Made by a program: the position numbers and the translations under genes. A DNA stretch of 64,000 nt from Malacoraja senta (lineage: Eukaryota). The stretch is taken from assembly GCA_038087875.1 (NCBI GenBank), contig CM075994.1:2358001-2422000 (forward strand), written 5' to 3'. The stretch's first letter is position 1; each line of letters starts with the position of its first letter. Below are positions 1-13,578 of this stretch, piece by piece. Below the pieces are notes generated by a model, which searched no databases, was not told where the DNA came from, and worked only from the letters and a program-made list of their open reading frames with translations.

Positions 1-2607
1 AAGCACTCCTCCAAAAGGCTGCTAGCTTAGGGCAAGACCAAAACATATGGCTATGGTTGGCAGGGGATTGATTACATCTGTTGCAGGTGTCCCTAACAGC
101 GGGGTACATTCTAGATAATCTTGCATTTGTGTAGTGGACTTTGTGAAGGACTTTGCATTGGATTAGGCCATGACGGGCACATATGGAGGAAGAATGGATC
201 AAATCCAAGGCAGAGTCCCATTGCTGGTCTGTTAGTTTCGTATTCAGCTCTCCCTCCCACGCAGCTTTTAATGAGGTATGAGGTTTCAATTAAACTGACC
301 CTAGCAAATTATACAAAATAGAGATGCATTTCTTCCGGTTGGGATCTAAAGCTAAGATGGTATCGGTCAGGGTTTCAGGAGGGCGATTTGGGAAATAGGG
401 GAATGTCTTCTTCACAAAATCCCTAATCTGGAAAAAACGAAAAAGGTGGGAGTTTGGGAGGCTGTAGTTGGACGAGAGCTCCGCGAAGGACGAAAAGATG
501 CCATCCTTGTATAGGTTTTTGATACTACTGATACCGTTGCTATGCCAGGTTTTGAATGCGTGGTCTGTACTTGAAGGTTTAAAGATGTGATTTTTAAGCA
601 GTGGGGTCAAGATGGAAGGGCCTTGTAAACCAAAGTTTTTCCTGAGTTGACTCCATATCTTGAGCGAGAGGGACGCAATTGGGCCTGCACCCACAGATGT
701 TATAGAAAGGGGGAGTTGGGAGCATAGGACAGACCGCAACGGGAGACGTGAACTCGCCTTTTCCATGTATACCCAGGTCGGTAGGTGGTCGCAATCATCA
801 TTCATCCAATACAGGAGTTTTTGCAAGTTAGCTGCCCAATAGTATCGTCTAAAGTCAGGAAGTGCCAAACCGCCGTCACTCTTAGGAGACTGCAGTATCG
901 CCTTTCGGATTCTAGCCGGTTTGCTACCCCTTAAAAATTTAGATATTGTCCTTTCTAATTTATCAAAAAAAGATTTAGTGATAAGTATAGGGACGTGCTG
1001 GAAAAGATACAGGAATTTGGGTAGGACGACCATCTTGACCAGATTTATCTGGCCCATGAAGGATAGCGGTAAAACTGACCAGCGGTCAAAATCTCTTTCG
1101 GCTTTCTCAACCAGAGGCAGAAAGTTTGTGCGGAACATATCAGATAAGGGTATTGTGATAAAAACGCCGAGATAGCGAAACCCGTCCTCTGCCCATTTGA
1201 ATGAGGTTAAAGAGCGAGGGAGCTGATTAGCCAGTGAGTTAATCGGTAATAGCTCACTCTTTTGGTAGTTAAGTTTATAACCAGAATACGCACCAAACCG
1301 TTCTAAAATATTCGTAATCACAGGGAGAGAACTGACTGGGTTCGAGATGTACAGGAGCAGGTCATCCGCATACAATGAGACTTTATGAGTTGTGTCGAAC
1401 CGTGTAATACCTTTAAAGCCCTTCTCTGAGCGTAACCAGACCGCCAGGGGTTCTATCGCGACAGCAAACAGGAGTGGTGATAACGGGCAACCCTGTCTGG
1501 TACCTCTCTGAAGGGTGAAGTGGGGCGACTGTATGTCGTTTGTTTGTACTGAGGCCACCGGGGACGAATATAATAGACTGACCCAAAGAATAAAACTGTT
1601 ACCGAGGCCAAACCTATCCATCGCCTCATATAGGTACCTCCACTCGACCCTGTCGAAGGCTTTTTCGGCGTCGAGGGAGACCACTATCTCCAGGGGTCTC
1701 ACTACTCGAAGAATGGATGATGTTAAGGAGACGCCTAGTATTATGGGAAGACTGTCGGCCTGGTATGAACCCTGTTTGATCTAACGAGATAATAGAGGGC
1801 ATCACTCTTTGAAGACGGAGCGCAAGGGCTTTAGAGAGGATTTTGAGGTCCACATTCAGGAGTGAAATTGGTCTATAGCTACTACAAAGCAGGGGATCTT
1901 TCTCCTTTTTAAGAATTAGGGAGATAGTAGCCCACGACAAGGTGGGTGGTAGGCGACGATGTAAAAACGCCTCATTGTACATATCTCTCATGGCTGGTGC
2001 GAGGAGATCAGGGAAAGCTTTGTAATATTCTATAGTGAAGCCATCAGGGCCGGGTGACTTTCCGCTTTGCAGCGATGTGATGGCTGCTTGGACCTCAGCA
2101 ACAGTTATGGGACCACCCAAGTCTCTCGTGGCTTCATCGTCAATTCGGGGAAACGTCATACTACTGAACATATCACCTGCAGTGGGAGGGCAGTCGGAAG
2201 TGTATAGTTCAGCGTAGAATTTAGCAAATGCTTCATTAATTCTAAGAGGGTCAGTATGAATCTCCCCTAAGCTGGATCTAATGGCTGGAATTAGCCGTGA
2301 AGTCGCCTCTGTTCTGGCCTGATGGGCCAAAAGCTTCCCAGCTTTATCCCCAGATTCAAAAAAGTGTTGCCTAGATTTAAGCAGTCGTAGCTTAGCTTTA
2401 TTAATAGACATGAGGTCAAAGTCTGTTTGTAACCTAAGGCGTTCTCTATAAAGGTTAGGGTTTGGGTCAGATGCATATTTGTCATCAATGTCCTTTATTT
2501 TTTGTAACAGGTCTGCCGTTTGGGACGTCTCGGTTCTTTTCAGGTTGGAGACAAAAGAGATAAGTTGGCCCCTAATATAGGCTTTTGAAGCTTCCCAGAG
2601 TATGCCA
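1..2607 (-). mobile_element. L1-clade LINE, 5'-truncated ORF2 (RT plus C-terminal CCHC), frameshifted
   Basis: ORFs 1626-2411 and 290-1702 carry KSPGPDGF, YRPISLLNVDLKIL, LDAEKAFDRVEW, RGTRQGCPLSPLLF and LYADD. LWEASKAYIRGQ lies at about 2600, and CNRC...HMFWSC lies near 35-90. Confidence 0.93.
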
Positions 2608-3378
2608 TTGTTAGGTCCGTATCCACTCTGTCAGTTTTCCATGACTCGGCCAACTCTTTGCTCACTTCGTGCGAGAAATCACGGTCAGAGTTTGTGAATC
2701 GACCATTCTTGACTAGTTGAGATGCGATTGCGTTGGTGGTCACTGGGCATTTGCCGGGTTTGTATGTCTGCCGGTCAGGCGGTTGACTGGGTGCCATGCT
2801 TTGCGGCTCGAGTGGGTGAAGTCGATCGATTCAACCGTCTCAATCCAGCCTTCTTGTCGTTTCTCATCCATGCATGTGAGCAATGTAGTGGCAGAAGTTT
2901 CAGAATCCTCTTTGGTGCCAGCAGCAGTATGATCTTCGTATAGCTGTTGGCACTTATCATCCCAACATGGAATGCAATCCCTCTGGTAGCCACGGGAGAT
3001 GGTTTTCTTGCCTGCACTGATAAGCATGTTGCAGTAGGCTTGGTAGGAAGAGTCCAGGTTGGTGCTGTCTGGGGGAGGAAGGCCCGAGGCGGCTGCGTTG
3101 GTAAGTTATTGGAACTTGTCCCAGTCGGCCTTGCGGAAGTTCCACCGTGTCACAGGTTTGCTCGATGTTGGTGCAACCAGTGGTGATGAGTGATGACCGT
3201 GACCGTGGGAACTTCTGAAGAACCCGGCGCATTGGTGGCTGATGGTTCTTTGTGTTACTGGCAAAGGCTAAGTCTGGATTTGTGCCAGTGTTCCAGCGGG
3301 CTGAATGGAAGCTGTTTGGCTCCTTTGGATCATACAGAAACGTGAGGTCATTGGCAGATGCACAATCTATGAGGCCGT
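2608..3378 (-). mobile_element. Vingi/Ingi-like LINE fragment (end of endonuclease and linker)
   Basis: Broken frames give RWNTGTNPDLAF, KFPRS, RWNFRKADW, IPCWD, IDFTHSSRKAW and NAIASQLVKNG, which are motifs of Vingi/Ingi-type proteins. Confidence 0.7.
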
Positions 3379-3594
3379 AATACTAGGTAACTAAAATAGT
3401 GCAAACAAAGTCCATAGTGCAACCAAAGACAAAGCCCATAGAAGAAGCATTTGAGAGACCTTTGAATAGGCACATGGATATGCCGGGAATGGAAGGATAT
3501 CGAGTATGCACAGGCAGGTAAGAGTAGGTCTTGGCATCATGTTCAGCATGGACATTGTGGACCAAAGGGCCTGTTCCTGGAACACCGCTCAGTC

Positions 3595-4090
3595 CACCTA
3601 AACCTACCTGATTTCTTGGTTGTTAAACACTTTAACTCCTTCTCCCATTCTCACACCGACCTTTCTGTCCTGGGCTCCACCATTGTCAGAGTGAGGCCCA
3701 GCGCAAATTGGAGGAACAGCACCTCATAATTCGCTTGGGCATCTTACACCCCAGCGGTATGAACATTGACTTCTTTAACATCAAGTAACCCTTGCTTTCC
3801 CTCTCTCTCTCCATCCCTCCTCCTTCCCAGTTCTCCCACCAGTCTGACTGTCCATCTAATTACATTGTTTCTCTGTTTGCTTTGTTGTCACCTTCTCCTA
3901 GCCAACAATGGTCTATTCTACATTTTCCTTGATCTGCATCTCTTTTGATCTCTTACACTTCCTTATCTCTGTAACGCCCTCTCCTCTAATGCTCAGTAAA
4001 TAAGGGTCTCCTCCCGAAACGTCACCCATTCCTTCTATCCAGAGATGCTGCCTGTGCCGCTGAGTTACTCCAGCATTCTTTGTCTACTGT
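3595..4090 (+). mobile_element. Penelope-like element 3' fragment (GIY-YIG C-terminus and pLTR)
   Basis: RKLEEQHL-FRLG-LHPSGMNIDF-like coding remnant, then the ccgaaacgtcacc...gagttactccagca pLTR motif. Confidence 0.75.
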
Positions 4091-4926
4091 GTTCCTTCCT
4101 ACACTATATGGTTGTATGTTCAATGTTCTAACATCATACTTGTTGAGGTTAGAGTTGTGTATTGTACAAGAGCCTGATGCTTGTTGAGAAAAGGCTGGTG
4201 TTTTATCTGGTGGTCATGGTTTTCAGGCTCTTGTAACACCTTCTCGATTGTAAGAGTGAAATGAGAGTGTGGCCTGGGTGGTGTGGATTTTTAAAATTTT
4301 ATTTTAGAGATACAACATGGAGACAGGTCCTTTGACCCACGAGTCCGCGCCAACCAATACACTAGCTCTATCCTACAGACTAGGGACAATTTACAGAAGC
4401 CAATTAGCCTACAAACCTGCAGGTCTGGAATGTGGGAGGAAACCGGAGCATCCAGAGAAAATCCACGCAGTCACAGGGAGAATGTACAAACTCCGCACAG
4501 ACTTCAGAAAAATTGCACAATTCACAAATTGCAGACAATTACAGAAGCAGCCCAGACCATCACGCAAAGCGACCTCCCTTCCATTGACTCCATTTACATC
4601 TCATGCTGCCTTGGCAAGACCACCAGCATAATCAAGGACCAGTCTCACCCTGGTCACTTCCTCTTCTCCCCTCTCCCGTCGGGCAGGAGGTACACAAGTG
4701 TGACCCTTGGACTATCTTTATTCGGACTTTACTTGACTTTATCTTAAACGTTATTCCCTTAATCCTGTATCTGCACACTGTAGATGGCTTGATTGTAATC
4801 ATTTATAGTCTTTCCGCTAGGACCCGTTAGGACGCAACAAAAGCTTTTCACTGTACCTTGGAACACATGACAATAAACTAAACTAAACTAGAAGGTTTTT
4901 AGATAGGCACATGGATATATATAGGG

Positions 4927-6420
4927 AATAGACAATAGAATAGACAATAGGTGCAGGAGTAAGCCATTCGGCCCTTCGAGACACCACCGCCAATCAATGT
5001 GATCATGGCTGATCATCCCCAATCAGTACCCCGTTCCTGCCTTCTCCCCATATCCCCTGACTCTGCTATTTTTAAGAGCCCTATCTAGCTCTCTCTTGAA
5101 AGCATCCAGAGAACCTGCCTCCACTTCCCTCTGAGGCAGAGAATTCCACAGACTTACCACTCTCTGTGAGAAAAAGTGTTTCCTTGTCTCCGTTCTAAAT
5201 GGCTTACTCCTTATTCTTGAACTGTGGCCCCTGGTTCTGGACTCCCCCAACACCAGGAACATGTTTCCTGCCTTTAGCGTGTCCAAGCCCTTAACAATCT
5301 TATATGTTTCAATGAGATACCCTCTTATCCTTCTAAACTCCAGAGTGTACAAGCCCGGCTGCTCCATTCTCTCAGCTTTTGACAGTCCCGCCATCCCGGG
5401 AATTAACCTTGTAAACCTACGCTGCACTCCCTCAATAGCAAGAATGTCCTTCCTCAAATTAGGGGACCAAAACTGCACACAATACTCCAGGTGTGGTCTC
5501 ACTAGGGCTCTGTACAACTGCAGAAGGACCTATTTGCTCCTATATTCGATTCCTCTTGTTATAAAGACCAACATGCCATTCACTTTCTTCACTGCCTGCT
5601 GTATCTGCATGCTTACTTTCATAGACTGATGTACAAGGACCCCCAGATCCCGTTGTACTTCCCCTTTTCCCAACTTGACGCCATTTAGATAGTAATCTGC
5701 CTTCCTGTTTTTGCTACCAAAGTGGATAACCTCACATTTATCCGCATTAAACTTCATCTGCCATGCATCTGCCCACTCCCCCAACCTGTCCAAGTCACCC
5801 TGCATTCTCATAGCTTCCTCCTCACAGTTCACAGTGCCACCCATCTGCAAATTTGCTAATGTTACTTTGAATCCCTTCATCCAAATCATTGATGTATATT
5901 GTAAATAGCTGCGGTCCCAGCACCGAGCCTTGCGGTACCCCACTACTCACTGCCTGCCATTCTGAAAGGGACCCGTTAATCCATACTCTTTGTTTCCTGT
6001 CTGCCAACCACTTCTCTATCCATGTCAGCACTCTACCCCCAATACCATGTGCCCTAATTTTGCCCACTAATCTCCTATGTGGGACCTTATCAAATGCTTT
6101 CTGAAAGTCCAGGTACACTACATCCACTGGCTCTCCCTTGTCCATTTTCCTAGTTACATCTTCAAAAAATTCCAGAAGATTAGTCAAGCATGATTTCCCC
6201 TTCGTAAATTCATGCTGACTCGGACCGATCCTGTTACTGCTATCCAAATGATCGGCTATCTCATCTTTTATAATTGACTCCAGCATCTTCCCCACCACCA
6301 GGCTAACTGGTCTATAATTCCCTGTTTTCTCTCTCCCACCTTTCTTAAAAAGTGGGATAACCCTCCAATCCACAGGAACTGATCCAGAGTCTATAGAACA
6401 TTGGAAAATTATCACCAATG
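4927..6420 (-). mobile_element. CR1-clade LINE (HER1-like), 5'-truncated with intact 3' tail
   Basis: ORFs 5822-6418, 5530-5943 and 5023-5517 carry [26 protein letters not shown] and LVRPHLEYCVQFWSP. Short tandem-repeat tail at about 4927-4950. Confidence 0.92.
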
Positions 6421-7289
6421 CATGGAATTATCACCAAGGAATGGAGGGATATGGATCGTGTGCAGGCAGATGGAATTAGTTTATCTTGCTTGACATTACG
6501 TTTGGCATGAACATTGAAGGTCAAAGGCCTTGTTTCTATGCTATACTCTTTTATGTCGTATGTTGTGCCTAAATCGGCTTGACATGCCTCCTCAGTTTTG
6601 TCTCATGTCAGTTTAATCCACACTGCAAGATTGATTTTAAGTGCCTGTGACGTGACCTTAATATCCTGAGATGTACAATCAACATGAAGACATTATAAAT
6701 CCCATAATCACCTTCACTGAAATAGTAGGAAGGTTTTAAAAGAGTCAACACCAGAACATGCCACACCATGATAGGTAGCAATAGATAAATGTTGAAAATT
6801 TGAAATAAAACAGGAAATGCTTTGGATTATTTATCCAAAATATTATTTATATTTCTCTACATAATAGGTGTATTTTAAAGTGTAATTTGCATTTCCATTA
6901 TGCATATTAATAATCTATCCTCCATATTCAAGCTCCATCTTATTAATGATTATTTATTTGCGGCACTTTAAGGGAGGCACAGTGGTGCAGTAGAGCTGCT
7001 GCCTCACTGCGCGAGAGTCCCGGATTCAATCCTGATCTCTGGTGCTGTCTGTGTGGAGTTTGCATGATCTCCCTGTGACCATGTGGGTTTTCTCCGGTTT
7101 CCTCCAACATCCCAAAGATGGGCAGGTTTGTAGGTTGATTGGCTTCTGTAAATTGCCCCCAGTGTGTAGGGAATGGATGAGAAAGTGGGATAAACATAGT
7201 GTGTAATTGTAACAACTGTGAACGGGTGATCGATAGTTGGTGTGGACTCGATGATTTAGAAAATTCAATGTAAATCCATTGGGTGTAGA

Positions 7290-8260
7290 CAATTAGTCAC
7301 AACCTCTCCTCCCCACTCTCTCCATGACTCACTGGTTCATTCCTCCCTCCCCACCCATCCCTTCCTGTGCCCTAGCACTGGCCCCTGCAACAATAGGAGG
7401 TGTAACATTAGGGTTGCCAACTGTCCCGTATTAGCCAGGACATCCCGTATATTGGACTAAATTGGTTTGTCCCATACGGGACCGCCTTTGTCCCGTATTT
7501 GACTGCTACTACTCGGGTCGAGGGGACTGTCGGGTCGGAGCGCCGCGTCCGGCCCCGCCTCACCCGTCCCGACGTAGTGCAGCCCATGGAGTGCAGCAGC
7601 AACGCCTTGCCCGTGGCCTAGTTGGTTGGCAGCCCGGCCAACTGTCCGACCTTCGGACCTTCGCTTACCGCCGACACCACCACCCCTCCCTCTCATGGCC
7701 GATCATCGGTTCATGAGTTGGATGGGGTGCCGGACTTTGCGGCCCGGGCCAAAACTCCTCAGCTGGCCTGCCGGCTGGGCTTTGTGTGCAGTCCAGCACC
7801 CGGGCCAACTCATCATTCACCCAGCCACGGCCAAGTCGGTCGACGAATTGCCGTTGGAATTTGTCCCTTCTTTTGACCATTTGACCCTTATTTGGGAGTG
7901 AGAAATTTGTCAATCCTATGTAACACCTGTCTCTACACCTCCACCTTCACTTCCATTCAGAGACCTAAATGGCCCTTCAAGTGAGGCAGAGATTCACCTG
8001 CACCTCCTGCAACCACCAGTGGACTCAGTGTGGCCTTCTTTATGTCGATGAGACCAGGCACAGACTATGCAACAGTCTGTGGAACACTTGCACTCTGTCT
8101 ACCATAGACGTCTGGAGCAACTGGTTGCAAGCCAATTTCATTCCCTTCCCCATTCCCACACCAACCTGTCTGTCCATGGCCCCTCCCACTGCCAGGGTGA
8201 GGGCAAATAAAAACAAGAAAAGCACCTTGTGTTCAGCCTGGGTAATCTACAACTGAATTT
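7290..8260 (+). mobile_element. Degenerate Penelope GIY-YIG fragment, interrupted by a hAT MITE
   Basis: PCNNRRCNTC, QVRQRFTC and LYVDETRHRL remnants are homologous to ORF 58920-59705. Confidence 0.75.
7409..7918. mobile_element. Non-autonomous hAT (Blackjack-like ends) DNA transposon
   Basis: Ends TAGGGTTGCCAA ... TTGTCAATCCTA. The 8-bp TSD is tgtaacat (7401-7408) / tgtaacac (7919-7926). Removing the element restores the Penelope sequence. Confidence 0.8.
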
Positions 8261-9284
8261 GATTCTTATCTAGTTTAGATTAGTTTAGTTTAGAGATACA
8301 GCATGAAAATGGGTCCTCCGGCCCACTGAGTCCACACCAACATCGTTCACACTTATTCCATGTTATATTACTTTCTCATCTACTCCCTACACACTAAGGG
8401 CAATTTACAGAGACCTATTCATCTACAAACTCACATCTTTGAGATATGGGAGGAAATCATAGCAATGGAGAAAACCCATGCTCTCACAGGGAGAACGTGC
8501 AAACTCCACACAGGCAATCCGAGGTCGGGATTGAACCTGCGTCTCTGGCGCCCTGAGGTAGCAGGTCCACCACTGTGACAGCCTTAAAGTGCCGCCCGTA
8601 GTGCAACCCTAGTAGTGCAAAGTCCGTCGTAGTTGGGTACTGAGGTAGAGTTGTACAGGGTGGTTCACGAGACTGATGGTTAATGAGAAGAAACTCTTCT
8701 TGAACCTGCAAGTCACAGTTCTCAGGCTCCAGTAGCTTCCTTCCAATGAAAAAACCCAAAGTGCTAGAGTAACTCAATGGGTCAGGCAGCATCTCTGGAG
8801 AAAATGGAAAGGTGATGGAGTTCTTCTTCAGATCTGAAACGTCATCCATCTATGTCTTTCAGAGATGCTGCCTGACCTGCTGAGTTACTCCAGCACTTTG
8901 TGTTTCTTTTTTTGTAAACCGGAATCAGCAGTTCCTTGTTTCTCCTTCTTCCAAGGTTGGAGAATGGGGTTGAGAGGGAAAGATAGATCAGCCATGATTG
9001 AATGGTGGAGTGGACTTGATGGGCCGAATGCCCTAATTCTGCTCCTATGACATCAACTAAGAGAGCAAGGCCAGGGCGGTGTGGGACCTTTGATGATGTT
9101 AATTGCCTTCAGCCGAAAGGGGTGCGGGTAATGTTTTCTCACCTGTAGCAGAGTATCTGTTTAGGATTACTTAAGCGAGCAATAGATGAAAGCAGTTTGG
9201 CGTTGTTAACACGTTGTTAGCCTCACCCCTGTTGAATTAATAAGGTTCCTGATGAATGACACATCAGTCAGTCATTAATTCATT

Positions 9285-9472
9285 GTGTTAAAGAAGGAAC
9301 TGCAGATGCTGGAAAATCGAAGGTACACAAAAATGCTGGAGAAACTCAGCGGGTGCAGCAGCATCTATGGAGCGAAGGAAATAGGCAGGGTTTCGGCCCA
9401 AAACGTTGCCTATTTCCTTCGCTCCATAGATGCTGATGCACCCGCTGAGTTTCTCCAGCATTTTTGTGTACC
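9285..9472. mobile_element. Short fold-back Penelope pLTR element
   Basis: Inverted arms of the pLTR, ending ...catttttgtgtacc, with TSD attaattcatt at 9274-9284 and 9473-9483. Confidence 0.85.
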
Positions 9473-10887
9473 ATTAATTCATTGTTCTCTCCAGAGATGC
9501 TGCCTGTCCCGCTGAGTTATTCAAGCATTTTGTTCTCTCATCTAAAATTGTGAATGTTTGTAAACAAAGCATACATGACAACAGCAGGAATCTCAGTTGC
9601 AAAACTACAGCCGGCAACACGTAGAACACATTGACATTGCTGAGATAACTGCAGCATGACAAGATTGATATCTTCTCCCCCCCCCCCCCCCCCCCCAAGA
9701 CCTCTGCATTCAGTCTAAAGAAAGGTCCTGAGCCGACACGTCACCTATCTATTAGAGATACAGCACAGAAACAGGCCCTTTGGCCCCCCGGGTCTGCACC
9801 GTCCAGCGATCCCCACACATTAACACTATCCTACACCACTAGGGACAATTTTTACATTTACCAAGCAATTAACCTACAAACCTGTATGTCTTTGGAGTGT
9901 GGGAGGAAACCGAAGATCTCCGAGAAAACCCACGCAGGTCACGGGGAGAACGTGCAAACTCTGTACAGACAGCACCCGTAGTCGGGATCGAACCCGGGTT
10001 TCGCTGTAAGGCAGAAACTCTACCGCTGCGCCACGGTGACCATGTTCTCCGTGGATACTGCCTTACCCGCTGTGTTACTTCAGCACCTTCTGCCGAGTTT
10101 TAAGTGGGATTTGAAAGGAATGTTTTTCACATGTTACGTTGTTGATGTTGGATTGATTGCAGGATATAACATGGAAACAGGCTCTTCAGCCCACTCTATC
10201 CATGCCAATCATTGGTGTGCCATTGATATCTGGAACTTGCTGACAGAGGTGGTGGTGGAGTCAGATAAAGTCACATTTATAAGGGCACTTTAACAGGGAA
10301 GGCATGGAAGGATATGGGACTAATGGTGGCAAATAAGAATAGTGTAGATGGGGAAAAAGTTCAGCTTGCTTGTGGTGGGCCAAAGGGCCTCATTCTGTGC
10401 TGTAACAACTCTAACTTTGATTCCATATTTATCTTTGGACAATTAGAGTTAATATGTGGTCTACATGAGTTGGCAAAGACCCGCAGCAATTTGGGGAATT
10501 GGTGGCACCAACTCATATCCTGCTGATCCCAGTGAGACAACAGAACTCTGCTTGGCACTGACATAACAAGCAATTAAATCCAAACAAAATCTGGGCTACC
10601 TACTCTATAATAGCACTTCCCTAGAGAAGAGGATGCATTTGAGAAAAAACTCACTCTACTTATAAAATCATTAGCAATGTTTTAGTTCTAACCTCCATTG
10701 AAATTTAATGATTCTTTCTTTGTTGCTGTTTTATATTGAGTTGATCTGCTGAGTTACTCCAGCAATTTGTGCTCTTTTGTGCAAACCAGCATCTACAGTT
10801 TAGTTTAATTTATTGTCATGTGTACCGAAGTACAGTGAAAAGCATTTTGTTGTGTGTTATCCAGTCTGCGAAAAGGCTACAGCGAAA

Positions 10888-11872
10888 AGACTTCAGCAAA
10901 GCATTCTACAATATTCCGCATGGTAGGTTGCTCTTGAAGGTTAGATCGCATGAGATCCAAGGAGAGATAGCTGAATGGATAGAAAAATTGGCTTCATGGA
11001 AGGAAGCAGAGGGTGATGATGGAAGGTTGCTTCTCGGACTGGAAACCTATGACTCTTGGTATGCCTCAGGGTTCGGTGCTGGGCCCGTTACTGTTTGTTA
11101 TCTACATCAATGATTTGGATGACAACATACATGGCAAGATTACCAAGTTTGCTGATGATATAAAAGTGGGTGGTTTTGCAGATAGTGAAGATGGTTGTGA
11201 AAAATTGCAGCAGGATCTTGATCGATTGGCCAGGTGGGCTGAGGAATGGTTGATGGAATTTAATAAAGAGAAATGTGAGGTGTTGCATTTTGGGAAGTCT
11301 AACATGGGCAGGACCCACCACAGTGAATGGTGTAGAGCAGAGGGATCTAGGAGTACAGGTGCATGGTTCCTTGAAGGTCGAGTCGCAGGTAGATAAGGTG
11401 GTCAAAATGGCTTTTGGCACATTGGCCACATTGGCCTTCATCAGTCGGTGTATTGAGTATAGAGGTCATGTTGCAGTTGTATAAGACGTTGGTGAGGCCG
11501 CATTTAGAATATTGTGTTCAGTTCTGAGCAACATGTTATAGGAAAGTCTCTTGTCCAGAGTAGGTAAATTGAGGACCAGAGGACCTAGGTTTAAGGTGAA
11601 GGGGAAAAGATTTAATAGGGATCTGAGGGGTAACTTTATCACACAAAGGGTGGTGGGTGTATGGAACAAGCTGCCAAAGGAGGTAGTTGAGGGCAGGAAC
11701 TATCTCAACTTTTATGAAACAGTTAGATAGGTGCATGGATAGGACAGGTTTGGAGGGATATGGACTAAACCAGGCAGGTGGGACAAGTGTAGCTGGGATA
11801 TGTGGGCCCGTGTGGGCAAGTTGGGCCTGTTTCCATGCTGTGTCACTTTATAACTCTCTATGACTCTATGAC
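10888..11872 (+). mobile_element. CR1 LINE 3' fragment inserted in a Rex1-type 3' end
   Basis: [25 protein letters not shown] and FADD motifs, a CR1 3' UTR and a (gactctat)-like tail. The flanks (about 10800-10890 and 11870-12370) rejoin into a Rex1 3' end. Confidence 0.85.
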
Positions 11873-12863
11873 TATACATGATTATAATCAAGATGTCTAC
11901 AGTGTAGACATATGGGGTAAGGGAATAACGTTTAGTGCAAGATGATGTCCAGTAAATTCCAATACAAGATAAGTCTCCAATGACTTAGATGAGAGGTCAG
12001 GACTGCTCCCTAGTTGGTGACAGGATGGTTCAGTTGCCTGATAATGGCTGGGAAGAAACTATCCCTGAATCTGGGGATGTGCATTCTGTACCTCTTGCCT
12101 GATGGGAGAGGGGAGAAGAGGCAGTGACTGGGGTGAGACTCATCCTTGATTATGCTGGTGGCCTAGCCGAGACAGCATGAAGTGTAAATGGAGTCAATGG
12201 AAGGGAGGGTGGTTTGTGCGGAGCTGTGTCCACAATTCTCTGCAATTTCTTGCAGTCTTGGATGGAGCTGTTGCCAAACCAAGCTGTGATGCATCCCGAT
12301 AAATTGCTTCCTACGTCGCATCCTCAGAAGTTGGTGAGAGTCGTTTGGGACATGCCGAACTTCCTACACCTACTTGTTTCTACACTTATTCCCTCCTTTG
12401 GTACCTTGAAAGTATGACGGGGGCACGTTCCAAGTGTTTAGTTGTCGAGCAATTGTGAACAACCTGTCAGGCCACTGAAAGTGAACCACTCACACAGTGT
12501 GCAATGTCTGGCTGGCTGGTCAAGGATCGCATCTGCCCCATGCTGCAGAGATCATAGCACACTCACAACTGCAGTCAGACCTGTGCAGTGATGAGGCTGA
12601 GGTGTTAAAGGTCACGGGAGAAGGCAAAATAATGGGGGTTGAGAGAGGAAGATAGGTCAGCCATGATTGAATGGCAGAGTAGATTTGATGGGTCGAATTG
12701 CCTAATTCTGCTCCTGTGTCCTAATGAACAGGACCCATAAACACTGTCGATGGCGGGGCGAGGGGGAAGGCACAGGGGATGTTCCTCATTGGGTGTAATG
12801 CACCAAGACTGTGGGTTGTTCCAGTTTCTGTCTCGAGGTGAGACAGACTTGCATCACACAGGT

Positions 12864-13340
12864 TGTAGCTGTGAATGGACAATTGTATTGTATTGTATTG
12901 TATTGTATATCTTTATTGTCATTTCCTGAGTATTCACATACCCAAAGGAAACAAAAAAACGTTCCTCAACCAGTGTCCATTTCAGTGTGCAGTAAAAATA
13001 AATAGAAGTAAAAATACATATATCATGAACAAATTAACACTCTACTCTCTACTAAACATCAACAGGCGTTCCGATCGGCAGCGGCACGACAGTGGCTCTG
13101 CTGCCGTGTGTCCAGGTTGGTGGTTGGTGCACGATACTTTGGCAGGGGGCAAAGTCCGTTTATCAGTCTTATAACCTGTGGGAAGAAGCTGAGGAGCATC
13201 TGCTGGTTTTGCACCTAATGCTCCTGTACCTCTTCCCAGATGGCAGGATGGAGAATATGTGATGCGATGGGTGGTAGGGGTCTTTGATGATGGAGATGGC
13301 TCTGCTGATACATCTCTTCCCAATATCAACCATGCGAGAG
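12864..13340 (-). mobile_element. Rex1/Babar LINE 3' fragment with (CAATA)n tail
   Basis: IIKDPYHPSHHIFSILPSGKRYRSI motif and a (tattg)n tail at about 12884-12910. Confidence 0.75.
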
Positions 13341-13578
13341 GGAGCCACTGACCCAGATTTCTCCAACCACAATGAGACGGTTAAACAAAAGCAACCAAGC
13401 CTAGGGCACCTTTTCACCATTTCCAACAGCTAGTTATTGATCTCCAGTAACAACAACCGCAAGCACAAACATGCAGAAGACTGACACATTTTATTTTACT
13501 CCCTCCACACCTGAAATCTTCCAGGTCTCCCACACTCGGCACTGAATTGCTAACCTCTCCCAATGTTTCATACATCTA

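Noticed and set aside
6975..7050. tRNA-like sequences (many copies)
   Set aside because: These are SINE heads continuing into the V-core and tail, not tRNA genes.
12492..12541. Possible minus-strand exon (ctctgcag|...|gtgagt) encoding MGQMRSLTSQPDIAHC
   Set aside because: No recognisable homology, and it is out of phase with the other candidate exons. Unsupported without RNA data.
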